Shown: in pieces, positions 28,303 through 38,402 of the stretch
Position numbering within the stretch: position 1 is the first letter of the stretch
Layout of the letters: the number at the start of each line of letters is the position of its first letter
Assembly: GCA_944323485.1 (NCBI GenBank)
Contig: CALUSR010000001.1
Coordinates: 386,437 to 450,436, forward strand
Length of the DNA stretch: 64,000 bases
From: Candidatus Gastranaerophilales bacterium
GTDB taxonomy: Bacteria > Cyanobacteriota > Vampirovibrionia > Gastranaerophilales > CAJFVJ01
Reading direction: 5' to 3'
Notes under the pieces: generated by a model
What the model was told of the DNA's origin: nothing
What the model saw: the letters and a program-made list of their open reading frames with translations, nothing else
Databases searched by the model: none
Translations under genes and position numbers: made by a program

Positions 28303-29252
28303 TGAAGAGCTTTTTGCAGAAACGATGAAACAAGCAACATTGCTCCTTTTGCTGAAGCTGTACCGGCAAGAGCATTGAGCATAAAAAAGTCATGGAACGT
28401 TCCGTTGATTCTGACGTTCATGGTGTCAACGCCTGCTGCGTCGAGCTTTCTTGCGTAGGCTTCCCCTTCATCTCTGAGAATGTCATTTTCATCAGTGATT
28501 ATAATTGCCGGAGGTAAGCCTGTTAAATCTTCGATTTCTGCTTTCAGCGGTGAAACATACAGACTGTTTCTCAGCTTTTTATCCGGAGCATATGCATCAA
28601 AGAACCATTCCATTGCTTTTTTTGTCAGCCATGGTCCATTTTTGCAATCATCATATGATTTTGTGTTCATATCAGCATCAGTAACAGGATAAATCAGTAC
28701 CTGACATACAATTTTCGGTCCGTTTTCTTTTTTTGCTCTGATTGCTGTAGCGGCAGCCATATTTCCTCCTGCGCTGTCGCCGACAATGGCGATTTTATCC
28801 TGAAATATATTGAATTCATCATGGTTGTCGAAAATATACCGCAATACACCATAAATTTGATTGAGAGCTGTCGGGTATTTTGCCTCGGGAGATTTTGTAT
28901 AGTTGACAAATATAACAACGGAATTTGTTTCATTAGCCAGTTTTTTTGATGGCATATCATAAACTTCTTTATCCCCCAAAATCCATCCTCCTCCATGAAT
29001 ATAAATAATTGCCGGAAGTTTGTCATGGTTATTTTTTGGACGAATAACCCTTATATCAACATTTCCTGCTTCAGGTGTAAATATGTTGATATCCCTTGTA
29101 TCTGCTTCTATTTCTTTATGGCTTTTTCTTTGAAGATTTCTTAAAAAAATTCTTGCATCATCGGGACTCAAATCGTAAAGAGGCGGGTTATCTTCTTTTT
29201 TCAACATTTCTACAAATTTTTTGGCTGTTGAATTCAGACATGGTTCTGTCAT
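28299..29252 (-). CDS. Alpha/beta hydrolase, HSL-family esterase/lipase
   Basis: HGGGW oxyanion motif, GDSAGG nucleophile, DILRDEG, HDF. Confidence 0.9.
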   Translation of the reverse strand: MTEPCLNSTAKKFVEMLKKEDNPPLYDLSPDDARIFLRNLQRKSHKEIEADTRDINIFTPEAGNVDIRVIRPKNNHDKLPAIIYIHGGGWILGDKEVYDMPSKKLANETNSVVIFVNYTKSPEAKYPTALNQIYGVLRYIFDNHDEFNIFQDKIAIVGDSAGGNMAAATAIRAKKENGPKIVCQVLIYPVTDADMNTKSYDDCKNGPWLTKKAMEWFFDAYAPDKKLRNSLYVSPLKAEIEDLTGLPPAIIITDENDILRDEGEAYARKLDAAGVDTMNVRINGTFHDFFMLNALAGTASAKGAMLLVSSFLQKALH

Positions 29253-29402
29253 TTTTGTAGCTCCTAATTTTTCTGTGGTAAAAAAATAATAAAATTTCTT
29301 ATCCTGTAAGTCATCAGACAGGAGAGCCTTTATAAAAGATAATAAAAAGCGTGAAGCCGGTGTTTATGACTTCACGTTTCTGTGTTTGGACAGATAAGGA
29401 AT

Positions 29403-30992
29403 CTAGTGTTTGTTGTTTGTTTTTGTAGATTGTTTTAGGGGAATATTTCCGTCGATAAAAAATAACAAAGGGATGACTATGATGGCAAGTATTCCGAATA
29501 TACGGAACGCATCCATATACGCAAGCAGTGTTGCCTGTTGCACCATCTGATTATATAGAGTATTTTGCGCCATATAGCCTGCTACTGTAGGGTGTGCATA
29601 TTGGGTTAAGGCGGATGCAAGAGCCTGCAGTTTTGTTATATAGACGCTGTTTGTTTCAACGAGATTGTCAACAAGATAATGCTGATGAACCTGAGAAAAT
29701 CTTGAGATGGCTGTTGCCACAAAAGATGTTCCGACAGCACCTCCTATATTTTTGAGCATATTTTGCACCCCGCTTGCATTTGTCAGCTGGGCGTTAGTGA
29801 GCGTATTGTTTGATAAAGTAATAAGCGGTATCATAGCAAAGCCCATTCCCAATCCATATAAGAAGTTTGGAAAAAGGATATTTACGGTAGAAATTTGCAA
29901 ATTCAGAAACCCGAAAACAAATCCGCCGAGACCTATAAATATAAGCCCTACTGCTACAAGTTTCCGGTTATCCACATAGTCTGCGATAGCTGCACATATC
30001 AAAACCGAAACAAGACACCCTAAACCTCTCGGCATCATTGAAAATCCGCTGAGGAAAGCTGTATAACCGAGCATTGTCTGCAAAAATTGAGGGAGAATTG
30101 CAAGAGCAGCATATAATATCAGATTTATCATAACAAGAATTATTGTTCCGTTGAGGAAATTTTTATCTTTGAAAACTTTCAGGTCAATTAATGAATCTTT
30201 GTTTGTAAGCTGAGAGATAAAAAACAAAATGCCAGCGATAACAGATACCGTAAAAGTCCAGCATACCCATGTTGAGTTGAACCAGTCAGCGTTATTTCCT
30301 TTATCAAGAACTATTTGCAGAGTGATTAACCATGTTGAAAGGAAAAGAAATCCTATTCCGTCAGTTTTGACATTTTTTTGTTTGGCAGCATAAGGTGGGT
30401 CTTCGAGGATTTCATGGCATGCGATTATTGCTGCAATTCCAAAAGGAATGTTTATATAGAAAATCCAGGGCCATGTCCAGTTATCGGTAATCCATCCCCC
30501 GACAACGGGTCCTATAATCGGAGCAAGCAAAACGCCGAGCGAAAAAACAGACATGGCGGCAGGTCTTTTTTCTTTTGGAAAGCTCTCAAGCAAGACAGCT
30601 TGAGCAATGGGTATAATCCCTCCTCCGCCTACTCCTTGCAAAATACGGAATAAAACCATTTGAAACAGAGAGTTTGCCATACCGCACAGCATAGATGCCA
30701 CTGTAAACAGTACTATGCTTATCAAGAGGAAATTTTTACGTCCGAAAACTTTGCTGAACCAGTCAACCATCGGAATAACTATCCCGCTTGCAATCAAATA
30801 ACTTGTGAGCACCCATGTGGATTCATCATGGCTTGATGAAAAGCTTCCTGCCATATGCGGGAGTGCTACGTTTGCGATTGTTCCGTCGATAGCAAATATA
30901 AATACGGCAAGCATTAGAGCTGCCGTAATAAGCCATGGATTTTTGGAGGGTTTCCATTCTTCCTGTAAGTTTATATTTGCTTCTGTTGACAT
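29403..30992 (-). CDS. emrB: DHA2-family MFS efflux permease (EmrB/QacA-like)
   Basis: DGTIANVALP, WVLTSYL, FRILQGVGGG, LAPIIGPVVGGWI, ITLQIVLDKG. Confidence 0.88.
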   Translation of the reverse strand: MSTEANINLQEEWKPSKNPWLITAALMLAVFIFAIDGTIANVALPHMAGSFSSSHDESTWVLTSYLIASGIVIPMVDWFSKVFGRKNFLLISIVLFTVASMLCGMANSLFQMVLFRILQGVGGGGIIPIAQAVLLESFPKEKRPAAMSVFSLGVLLAPIIGPVVGGWITDNWTWPWIFYINIPFGIAAIIACHEILEDPPYAAKQKNVKTDGIGFLFLSTWLITLQIVLDKGNNADWFNSTWVCWTFTVSVIAGILFFISQLTNKDSLIDLKVFKDKNFLNGTIILVMINLILYAALAILPQFLQTMLGYTAFLSGFSMMPRGLGCLVSVLICAAIADYVDNRKLVAVGLIFIGLGGFVFGFLNLQISTVNILFPNFLYGLGMGFAMIPLITLSNNTLTNAQLTNASGVQNMLKNIGGAVGTSFVATAISRFSQVHQHYLVDNLVETNSVYITKLQALASALTQYAHPTVAGYMAQNTLYNQMVQQATLLAYMDAFRIFGILAIIVIPLLFFIDGNIPLKQSTKTNNKH

Positions 30993-31020
30993 AGGGTATT
31001 TTCTCGTTTGAAAAGGATTA

Positions 31021-32019
31021 TTATCTTATTCTTACTTTTGGAACAACTGACATTCCAGGAACTATAGTATATTTGTCGGTGTCAATTTTTTCGTCGAATA
31101 CGATTTTGACGGGTATTCTCTGTACAATTTTGACGAAAGACCCGACAGCGTTCTCAGGAGGGAACAGACTTGCTTTTGCACCTGAACTTCTTTGTATGCT
31201 GTCTACTTTCCCTTTGAATACTTTATTGGGATAGGTATCTACTTTTATCTCAACAGGCTGACCGACTTTCATTCCGTTGAGCTGGTTTTCTTTGAAGTTT
31301 GCAACTACCCAAACATTTTCAGGAACCAGAACAAACAACGGTGCTCCTGTTTGCACATACATACCTTTTTCGACTCTTCTGCTTGAAACGGTTCCGCTTT
31401 GCGGTGCACGAACTTTGGTATAAGACAAATTCAATTTTGCCATATCCCTCAGAGCTTTAAGCTCTTTGATTTCGGCATCTGCTACTTTTGATTTTGAAGA
31501 AGATAAAAGGGCTTCTTCGGCGGAGGTTAATCTTGCTTTTGCTCTGTCATATTGCGCTTGAGCATTATCAAGAGTTTGTTTTGATACAGCACCGGCTTTA
31601 TAAAGATTCTGGTATCTTTCTAAATCTTTTTTTGCGACGGCTATTTCAGAGTTTGTTGCTGAAAAGTTTGCTTTTGCGTTTTTTTGGTTTAGCAGAGCTC
31701 TTTCGTATCTTGCTTCAGCTTGAGCGAGTTTTATTTTGTAGTCTGCATCATCAATTTCCGCAACTATATCTCCTTCTTTTACAAACTGGTTGTCAGTGAT
31801 ATATACGGCAACAACTTCACCTGAAACTTTTGGTGCTACCTGTACGGTAGTCGTTTCAACATAAGCGTCATCCGTAGATTGATAATGTATGACGTCATAT
31901 ATTATGAAACCTCCTACAATCAGCAGGATAACGGCTACACCCATAAATATAAATCTTTTGAAAGGCTTTTTCGTTTTTTCTTCGCTTGCCTGTTGTTCTA
32001 TCTCTTTTTCTTCGCTCAT
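31021..32019 (-). CDS. emrA: HlyD-family membrane fusion protein (EmrA-like)
   Basis: STDDAYV, VWVVANFKE, SLFPPENAVGSFVKIVQRIPVKI, PGMSV. Confidence 0.88.
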   Translation of the reverse strand: MSEEKEIEQQASEEKTKKPFKRFIFMGVAVILLIVGGFIIYDVIHYQSTDDAYVETTTVQVAPKVSGEVVAVYITDNQFVKEGDIVAEIDDADYKIKLAQAEARYERALLNQKNAKANFSATNSEIAVAKKDLERYQNLYKAGAVSKQTLDNAQAQYDRAKARLTSAEEALLSSSKSKVADAEIKELKALRDMAKLNLSYTKVRAPQSGTVSSRRVEKGMYVQTGAPLFVLVPENVWVVANFKENQLNGMKVGQPVEIKVDTYPNKVFKGKVDSIQRSSGAKASLFPPENAVGSFVKIVQRIPVKIVFDEKIDTDKYTIVPGMSVVPKVRIR

Positions 32020-32036
32020 TTCTTACCTCTTTTATT

Positions 32037-32504
32037 TTATATTTGCATTTCTACCGCCTGACTCAAACTTTCTCTCAACTTTTTGAGTTTTTGTCTGATA
32101 TCGTCAATCTCTTCCTGTGAGATGACCTGTGATATCATTTTGTATGTCGGTTCAAGTTTTTCCGAAACAATATACAAAACTTGTGTTCCTTCTTCTGTTA
32201 TTTCAAGTTTTTTGACAAGACGTTTATTTTTCGTGTCATTATAGCGTTTTATGAAACCTTTTTTCTCAAGAGAGTCTACAATTCTTCCCGTGTTTGCCCT
32301 GTCTTTGAGAATAAGTTTTGCAAGATCTCTCTGGCAGATTTTCGGATGACAATAAATCGCATCCAGTGCCCGAAGTTCGTAGTCATTCATATTCGGATAT
32401 ATTTTTTCAATAAGCTGGCTGCCAAGCATTCGGCAATATATAGCCGTCAGCTCAAGGTCATAATATAATGTATTTGTATAATGTTTTATTTCAGCTTGTG
32501 TCAT
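32037..32504 (-). CDS. MarR-family transcriptional regulator
   Basis: QRDLAK.ILKDRANTGRIVDSLEKKGFIKR...KR...LEITEEG; heads the emrAB operon. Confidence 0.88.
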   Translation of the reverse strand: MTQAEIKHYTNTLYYDLELTAIYCRMLGSQLIEKIYPNMNDYELRALDAIYCHPKICQRDLAKLILKDRANTGRIVDSLEKKGFIKRYNDTKNKRLVKKLEITEEGTQVLYIVSEKLEPTYKMISQVISQEEIDDIRQKLKKLRESLSQAVEMQI

Positions 32505-32547
32505 AGAATTTTTAAAATAATAATTTAACTATGTTGTAAAAAATACA

Positions 32548-32563
32548 TGTTGCATTTGCAACA
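32548..32563. promoter_or_regulatory. Perfect palindrome TGTTGCA-TT-TGCAACA (operator candidate)
   Basis: Lies in the marR/tolC divergent intergenic region; 14/16 identical to the site at 39055. Confidence 0.7.
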
Positions 32564-32605
32564 GTGTTATGCTAACATACTACCATAAAAAATGCAAGCA
32601 TTTAG

Positions 32606-34015
32606 ATGAAGGGGCAAGAATTGAAAAAGTTTTTAATAATAGCTATTATTGCTGCATTGCAGGCACCTGTGTATATGCCTGCGGTTGCTTATGCCGTTCA
32701 GGAAAAAACGGATGCAACACCAAAGCAGTTCAAGAGTTTTGCGACAAAAAATAAAGTGTCTGATGATTATAAATACGGATATTTGAACATTGACTGGTGG
32801 GATAAGTTCAATGATCCGGTGTTGAGTGATTATATTGTTCGTGCGCTGCAGAACAATCATGATTTAAAGGTCGCAACTTTAAATGTTGAAACTTATTATC
32901 AGAATGTAAGAGCACAGTTTGCGGGTGAACTTCCACAGATTGGAGTCGGGTTTGCTCCGAATTATATGAAGATGCCTGGAACTTCTCATTCTGATTGGAT
33001 GTTTGCAGTACCCGGGATTGTTAGTTATGAAGCTGATATATTTTTGAAAAATCGTGACAAGACAAAGTCCGTCAAAAAGCTTTATGAAGCATCAAAGTTC
33101 GATGAAAGAGCGGCATATATCGCTGTTGCGTCTGCTGTCGGCACAACTTATTTGAACATAGTCAAGTTAGATAAGATGATTGAATTACAGGAAGAGATAG
33201 TTAAATCAAGACAGATGATATATGATTTGATGCTCAAGAGAAATCATGAAGGGATAACATCAACATCAGATACAATAGAAGCTAATAAGGATTTAGTAAA
33301 CGGGCAGACTGATCTGGTTGAACTTAAAAAACAAAGAAGCAAACTGCTTAACCAGCTTGCTGTTCTGGTGGGAGAAAGTCCTGCAAATGCAGAGTCTTTG
33401 AAGAGAACATCTCTTGATACAATAAATCATAATGCAGAAATTCCCGCATCAATTTCATCAGAGGTAATTATGCAAAGACCTGATTATCTGAAAGCGGAGA
33501 AGATGGTTGAAAAAGCTGGGATAGATGTCCGTGTTGCGAAGAAAGAGTTTTTGCCGACAATCAGCTTAAGCGGGCTTGCTCTGTTTAATGCGAGTGATTT
33601 TGGCAGTATTTTTACGACAAAAAATATGCTCTGGTCTTTAGGAGGAGGGTTGCTTTTGCCGCTGTTTACAGGCGGAAGAAGGCTTGCAACTCTGCGTTTG
33701 AAGAAGACTGAGTATGAAAAAGTTTTGCATAACTATTATCAAACAAATCTGACCGCAATTCAGGAAGTGAATGATGCACTGGTTGCAGTGCGTCTTGATA
33801 AAGCAAAGATGGATCAGACTCTTAAACAGGCTGATTTGGAAGCTGATGATTATAAATATAATGAATTGAAATATGATGAAGGCGTTATCTCAAAATTAGA
33901 CCTTCTTCAATTCAAAGAAAATTTGCTTTATGTAAACAAACTTGTTGCGCAGCAGAAGGCTGAATGTATGGTTGATTATATCGCCCTTTATAAAGCTACC
34001 GGCAGCAAGCTGTAG
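32606..34015 (+). CDS. TolC-family outer membrane efflux protein
   Basis: Signal peptide, WWDKFNDPVL, ALQNNHDL, QRPD...AE, FLPTISL, ALYKATG. Confidence 0.88.
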   Translation: MKGQELKKFLIIAIIAALQAPVYMPAVAYAVQEKTDATPKQFKSFATKNKVSDDYKYGYLNIDWWDKFNDPVLSDYIVRALQNNHDLKVATLNVETYYQNVRAQFAGELPQIGVGFAPNYMKMPGTSHSDWMFAVPGIVSYEADIFLKNRDKTKSVKKLYEASKFDERAAYIAVASAVGTTYLNIVKLDKMIELQEEIVKSRQMIYDLMLKRNHEGITSTSDTIEANKDLVNGQTDLVELKKQRSKLLNQLAVLVGESPANAESLKRTSLDTINHNAEIPASISSEVIMQRPDYLKAEKMVEKAGIDVRVAKKEFLPTISLSGLALFNASDFGSIFTTKNMLWSLGGGLLLPLFTGGRRLATLRLKKTEYEKVLHNYYQTNLTAIQEVNDALVAVRLDKAKMDQTLKQADLEADDYKYNELKYDEGVISKLDLLQFKENLLYVNKLVAQQKAECMVDYIALYKATGSKL

Positions 34016-34071
34016 TCAATGGAATTTTGCGTTGTTTTCTGCTATGCTTTTTGAGAACAACGGAGATAGAT

Positions 34072-34875
34072 ATGATTAAACTTATTGCTTCTGATTTGGA
34101 CGGTACATTGCTCAATGATAATAAGGAGCTTTCGCCTGATTTTTTTGAAATTCTTGAAGAGCTTGATAAAAGAAATATTTTGTTTGTGCCATCAAGTGGA
34201 CGGAGCCAATTTACTATAGGCAGATTGTTTGAGCCTTATAACAAAAATGTTTGTTATATCAGTGACAATGGTGCTTATATCTCCGGATGCGGGATTGATG
34301 TTGTAAATTTTCCAATGACTCATGAACAGAGTGTATTTATTGCGGAGAGGTGTCTTGAGGTTGACTGTTTGCAAATTGTAATGTGTACAAAATCGAAGGC
34401 TTATTTTTTGCGGGTTGAAGACAGGTATAAAGATATTATTCTTGAATATTATGCAAACTTTGAATATGTTGATAATCCTGATAATATCAGAGAAGATGTT
34501 TTGAAAATAGCTGTTTTTGATCCTGCCGGTTCCGGTGAACACGGCTATCCAGAAGTTAAGGATTATATTCGGAGCGATTTGGCAGGAGTTGTTTCTTCTC
34601 AGAACTGGTTTGATATTATGGACAGGAGAGTCAATAAGGGTTATGCTCTTTCGCAGCTGCAGAAAAAGTTTGGAATTTTGCCCGAAGAAACAATGGCGTT
34701 TGGTGATTTTAATAATGATATAGAGATGCTCAAACAGGCAAAATACAGTTTTGCGATGGAGAATGCCTCCCAAAGCGTAAAAGATGCCGCAAATTTTGAA
34801 GCGCCTGATAATAATTCTTTTGGCGTTTCGAAGATAATCAGAGATTTTGTTCTTGAGCAAGTCTGTTTGAGATAA
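34072..34875 (+). CDS. Cof-type HAD-IIB hydrolase
   Basis: IASDLDGTLL, SSGR, DNGA, NKG, FGDFNNDIEML; start at ATG 34072 after a GGAG RBS. Confidence 0.92.
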   Translation: MIKLIASDLDGTLLNDNKELSPDFFEILEELDKRNILFVPSSGRSQFTIGRLFEPYNKNVCYISDNGAYISGCGIDVVNFPMTHEQSVFIAERCLEVDCLQIVMCTKSKAYFLRVEDRYKDIILEYYANFEYVDNPDNIREDVLKIAVFDPAGSGEHGYPEVKDYIRSDLAGVVSSQNWFDIMDRRVNKGYALSQLQKKFGILPEETMAFGDFNNDIEMLKQAKYSFAMENASQSVKDAANFEAPDNNSFGVSKIIRDFVLEQVCLR

Positions 34876-34969
34876 AAATTTTGTTCTACTTTCGGGGGCT
34901 TTAAAATTTTTCCGAGTCGTTTAAGATAAATGAAAATAAAAAGGTTTTATCTTGAACAGGAGAGGAATT

Positions 34970-35287
34970 ATGACTTTAGAGCTAAATCAGAACAATTTTG
35001 ATAAAGAAATTTCGAATTATGATGGTGTTACTCTTGTTGATTTTTGGGCGCCATGGTGCGGACCTTGCAGAAAACAGCTTCCGATAGTCGAAGAGCTGTC
35101 GAATGATATAGGTGATAAAGCAAGAGTTGCCAAGCTGAACATTGAAGAAAATCAGGGAGTTGCACTTGCTTATCAGGTTGTGTCGATTCCGACGCTTATG
35201 ATTTTCAAAAACGGTGAAGTCGTTGAAAAAATGAGCGGACTTCACTCAAAATCACAACTCGAGGCAGCTATTAAAAGAAATTTGTGA
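34970..35287 (+). CDS. trxA: Thioredoxin
   Basis: VDFWAPWCGPCR, SIPTL. Confidence 0.96.
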   Translation: MTLELNQNNFDKEISNYDGVTLVDFWAPWCGPCRKQLPIVEELSNDIGDKARVAKLNIEENQGVALAYQVVSIPTLMIFKNGEVVEKMSGLHSKSQLEAAIKRNL

Positions 35288-35312
35288 GTTTCCGTATTTT
35301 TCTTCGAATAAT

Positions 35313-35345
35313 AAATTGAGGTTCTTTTTTAGAGAGCCTCAATTT
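35313..35345. terminator. Probable bidirectional intrinsic terminator between trxA and the NTase gene
   Basis: AAATTGAGGTTCT ... AGAGCCTCAATTT stem with A and T flanks. Confidence 0.55.
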
Positions 35346-36015
35346 TTTGTGAGGTTATCAACTGTGAACACCAGGAAATGAGGCTATTATAGGATTCTTT
35401 CAGTTGAGTTTCTTCAAAGTTGTTTATATTATGTCTGTTTATGCAGATTTCAAAGATTTTTTTATCAGACTCATGCAAATTTTTTAAAAGCTCGTTTTTT
35501 GTCGGGATATATTCCTTGTTTTTGAGAAAATATTTGCATTGAAGTATAAAGAAAATCTGTTTTGCAAGTATTTCAAGCGAGCTTTTTCGGTCTTTGTTAT
35601 ACAGATAGCTGTGGCAAAGAGCGTGGTATAAAGATGTTGATTCTGATTTTAATGCATGTTTTACATCATCTTGTGTTATTTGAGGAACAATATTTTCAAG
35701 AGATTTATAGATAGCTTTTGTGTCGTATAGCAGATGGAACAACTCTGATTTTGTCCAGTTTCTGAGTTCGTTTTCCCCTCCTATGAAACCGCATGCTTTC
35801 TCTTTGTTTGGCATAGAGTTTATAATTGATTTGTATTTATCAAGGTCAGTGATTTTCAGGTCTTTGAGGATTACAACAATATCTATATCACTGTTGTCAT
35901 CGGCTTCTCCTCTTTTGTAACTCCCTTGCAGACCTATAAATAAAAGTTTTTCTCCGAAAGTTTTTTGTGCTTTACCTGCAAACAGTTCACACCAGCTGTT
36001 TATATCAAAAGTCAT
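35329..36015 (-). CDS. Pol-beta-superfamily nucleotidyltransferase domain protein
   Basis: GLQGSYKRGEADDNSDIDIVV (GS...DxD); helical C-terminal domain. Confidence 0.8.
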   Translation of the reverse strand: MTFDINSWCELFAGKAQKTFGEKLLFIGLQGSYKRGEADDNSDIDIVVILKDLKITDLDKYKSIINSMPNKEKACGFIGGENELRNWTKSELFHLLYDTKAIYKSLENIVPQITQDDVKHALKSESTSLYHALCHSYLYNKDRKSSLEILAKQIFFILQCKYFLKNKEYIPTKNELLKNLHESDKKIFEICINRHNINNFEETQLKESYNSLISWCSQLITSQKIEAL

Positions 36016-36105
36016 AAAATGTTCCTTTTCACTTATTCAAGATTATTATGGCTGTTTGTTGTTTTTCTTTCAAGTGTTTTGTACGGGCATGGCGGTTTTT
36101 GTATA

Positions 36106-37002
36106 ATGTTTTGTATGGACAAGAATTTTGAGCCTTCAATAAAATTGAATCTTGCAAGAAACTGTTTGAGATATGCAGTCAGGTTATATCATATAAAAGA
36201 GATGTATGTACCTTATTATATTTGTCCTGTTGTATTCAAAGTCTTGAGGGAGGAAGGATGCAGAATAAGGATTTATCATATTGATGAGAAATTTTTCCCG
36301 GTGCAGGATTTTGGGAAAGAAGATTTTGTATTGTATCCGAACTATTTTGGAATTTGTTTGAAGAATGCGAAAAAGCTTTCATCTTTGTATAGAAATCTGA
36401 TTGTTGATAATGCACAAGCTTTTTATGCTCCTCATACAGGATTAGCGAGTTTCAATTCTGCAAGGAAGTTTTTTGATGTTTCTGATGGTGCTTATCTTTT
36501 CGGATGTAAGAAGTTCTATCAGGGGTTTGAAAAAGATGATTCGGAAAAGAGATATCCGGCTTTGTTTTCTGGCGGCAGTTCGGACTTTTTTGAAAGATTT
36601 TGTGCAAATGAAGAGCTGCTTGATAAAGAACCCGTAAAAGAGATGTCTTATTTAACAGAGAGAATTTTATCTTCTGTTGATTATGAGCGGGAGGCAAAGA
36701 AGAGAAGAGAAAATTTTGATTATTTGCACTCTTGTTTGAAATATCATAATGAGTTGTGTTTCGAGCTTGAAGAGGGTGATGTTCCGATGGTTTATCCTTT
36801 CAAGGTTTCTGATGAGAGAGTCGGGAAAAGACTTGTGAGTAAGGGAGTTGAACTTATCAGATATTGGGAGGGTGTATATGGAGAGTGCTATGAAAGAGAG
36901 CTTGCGCATTATCTTCTTCCGCTGCCTGTCAGTGCGAAATATGAAGTTAGTTATATGCGAAAGCTTATTGATATTATAAAAGATGAGATAAAGTTGTTGT
37001 AA
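36106..37002 (+). CDS. Short DegT/DnrJ/EryC1/StrS-like PLP-fold protein
   Basis: YVPYYICP, NYFG, IVDNAQAF, SFNSARKFF (putative PLP Lys), VPMVYPF; start approximate. Confidence 0.6.
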   Translation: MFCMDKNFEPSIKLNLARNCLRYAVRLYHIKEMYVPYYICPVVFKVLREEGCRIRIYHIDEKFFPVQDFGKEDFVLYPNYFGICLKNAKKLSSLYRNLIVDNAQAFYAPHTGLASFNSARKFFDVSDGAYLFGCKKFYQGFEKDDSEKRYPALFSGGSSDFFERFCANEELLDKEPVKEMSYLTERILSSVDYEREAKKRRENFDYLHSCLKYHNELCFELEEGDVPMVYPFKVSDERVGKRLVSKGVELIRYWEGVYGECYERELAHYLLPLPVSAKYEVSYMRKLIDIIKDEIKLL

Positions 37003-37011
37003 ATATTCTCT

Positions 37012-37695
37012 TTGAGTTCTAAAATAAAGCTTGTGATGGCAGTAAATTTTTCTACACAAAAGTTTTTTAACGAAGTTCCGGATCTGGTTGATAAATATAC
37101 TTCAAATGAAAGTCGTAAAAAGACTGTTACAATTTTGGGCAGTGCCACAAACAGCAAGGCGCTTGAAGAATATATGGATATGTGCGCCGAGGTAACAGAA
37201 GGGCTGGTCAAAAACGGGTATAATATTTTATCCGGCTGCGGTTCTCACGGGATAATGGGGACGGCTTATGAAGAGGCAAAAAAACATTCTGCCGTTGATA
37301 TGAACGGTCGTCCTATCCAGAATTTGACAATTCTTGTTGAACCGGGGTGGGGAGATGAAGACCTCAAACATTGTGTGCCGATTGGAAAAGCAAAGTCTGA
37401 GGCTGAAAGAATAGACAAGTTTTTCAAAACCTCAGACAACTTTGTTGTCTTCCCGGGAGGATCTACAACACTTCAAGAAGCAACAAGCTTGATAAATTTT
37501 AAAAAGCATCTTGAAGATTCTGCTCCTGTCAAAAAGATTATACTTGTAGGGAAAGATTTTTTTGACGGTCTTCTCAAACAGTATGAAACTATTTTCAGAT
37601 TTAACCCCGATTGGTATAAACCTCCTGAGAGTTTGTTTAAAATTCTCAATACACCGAAAGAAATCCTCAAGGAATTTCCAAAGCTGTTGAAATAG
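37012..37695 (+). CDS. LOG/lysine-decarboxylase-like Rossmann protein
   Basis: TVTILGSA, SGCG..GIMG, ER, FVVFPGGSTTLQE, IILVG..FFDGL. Confidence 0.7.
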   Translation: MSSKIKLVMAVNFSTQKFFNEVPDLVDKYTSNESRKKTVTILGSATNSKALEEYMDMCAEVTEGLVKNGYNILSGCGSHGIMGTAYEEAKKHSAVDMNGRPIQNLTILVEPGWGDEDLKHCVPIGKAKSEAERIDKFFKTSDNFVVFPGGSTTLQEATSLINFKKHLEDSAPVKKIILVGKDFFDGLLKQYETIFRFNPDWYKPPESLFKILNTPKEILKEFPKLLK

Positions 37696-37890
37696 TTTAT
37701 TCTTTGGGAAATGTTCTTAAGAACCGCCCGTTGTTTGCTTAGAATCGGGCGGTGGTTATGCGTTTGAAAAGTGTTTTGAAGCGTCTTCACCCATTGTTAA
37801 AAAATGGTTAAATTTCACGCTATTTCTGCAATAGAGAGTAATAATATGTGTGTAGGAAATAAGATATAGAAAATTGAAAGGAGATTAATC

Positions 37891-38349
37891 ATGAAATTCT
37901 TAATTAAAAAAAGTCCTGATGGTTTTATTAAAACAGTCAATGATGAAATCAGTTCAATTTTGAACCGTAATTTTGACAGTTTGTTCCCTGAATATATGTA
38001 TTCAGCAGATGAGATGGACAAACTTGCAATTCCTGTTGAGATAAAAGAAAAAGATAAAGAATATAATGTAAAAGCTGAGCTGCCCGGTGTAAAAAAAGAA
38101 GACCTTGATATAGACATCGACAAAAACTACATCACCATCAATGCAAAAAAAGAGGAAGAAAAAGAAGAAAACGCCAAGTCTTATAGAAAATCGGAATTTA
38201 GATACGGAGAATTTTCAAGAACGGTTTACTTCCCTCAGGAAATTGATGTTGAGAAAACAAAAGCCAAATTGGAACATGGCATTTTGAGAATTGAGGCTCC
38301 AAAACTGGCAGCAGAAAAAGAAAATATCAAAAAATTGACTGTTGAATAA
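37891..38349 (+). CDS. Hsp20/alpha-crystallin small heat-shock protein
   Basis: VEIKE, AELPGVKKEDLDI, EFRYGEFSR, AKLEHGILRI..PK. Confidence 0.93.
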   Translation: MKFLIKKSPDGFIKTVNDEISSILNRNFDSLFPEYMYSADEMDKLAIPVEIKEKDKEYNVKAELPGVKKEDLDIDIDKNYITINAKKEEEKEENAKSYRKSEFRYGEFSRTVYFPQEIDVEKTKAKLEHGILRIEAPKLAAEKENIKKLTVE

Positions 38350-38370
38350 TAATTATCCATACAATACCCG

Positions 38371-38402
38371 AAAAGGCAGGTGAATTTTCACCTGCCTTTT
38401 TT
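38371..38402. terminator. Bidirectional intrinsic terminator between hsp20 and the Crp/Fnr gene
   Basis: Perfect inverted repeat AAAAGGCAGGTGAA-tt-TTCACCTGCCTTTT. Confidence 0.85.

Noticed and set aside
37816-37844. CIRCE (HrcA) element upstream of hsp20
   Set aside because: GAGTAATAA matches the right arm at 7/9, but the left arm at the required spacing matches only 2/9
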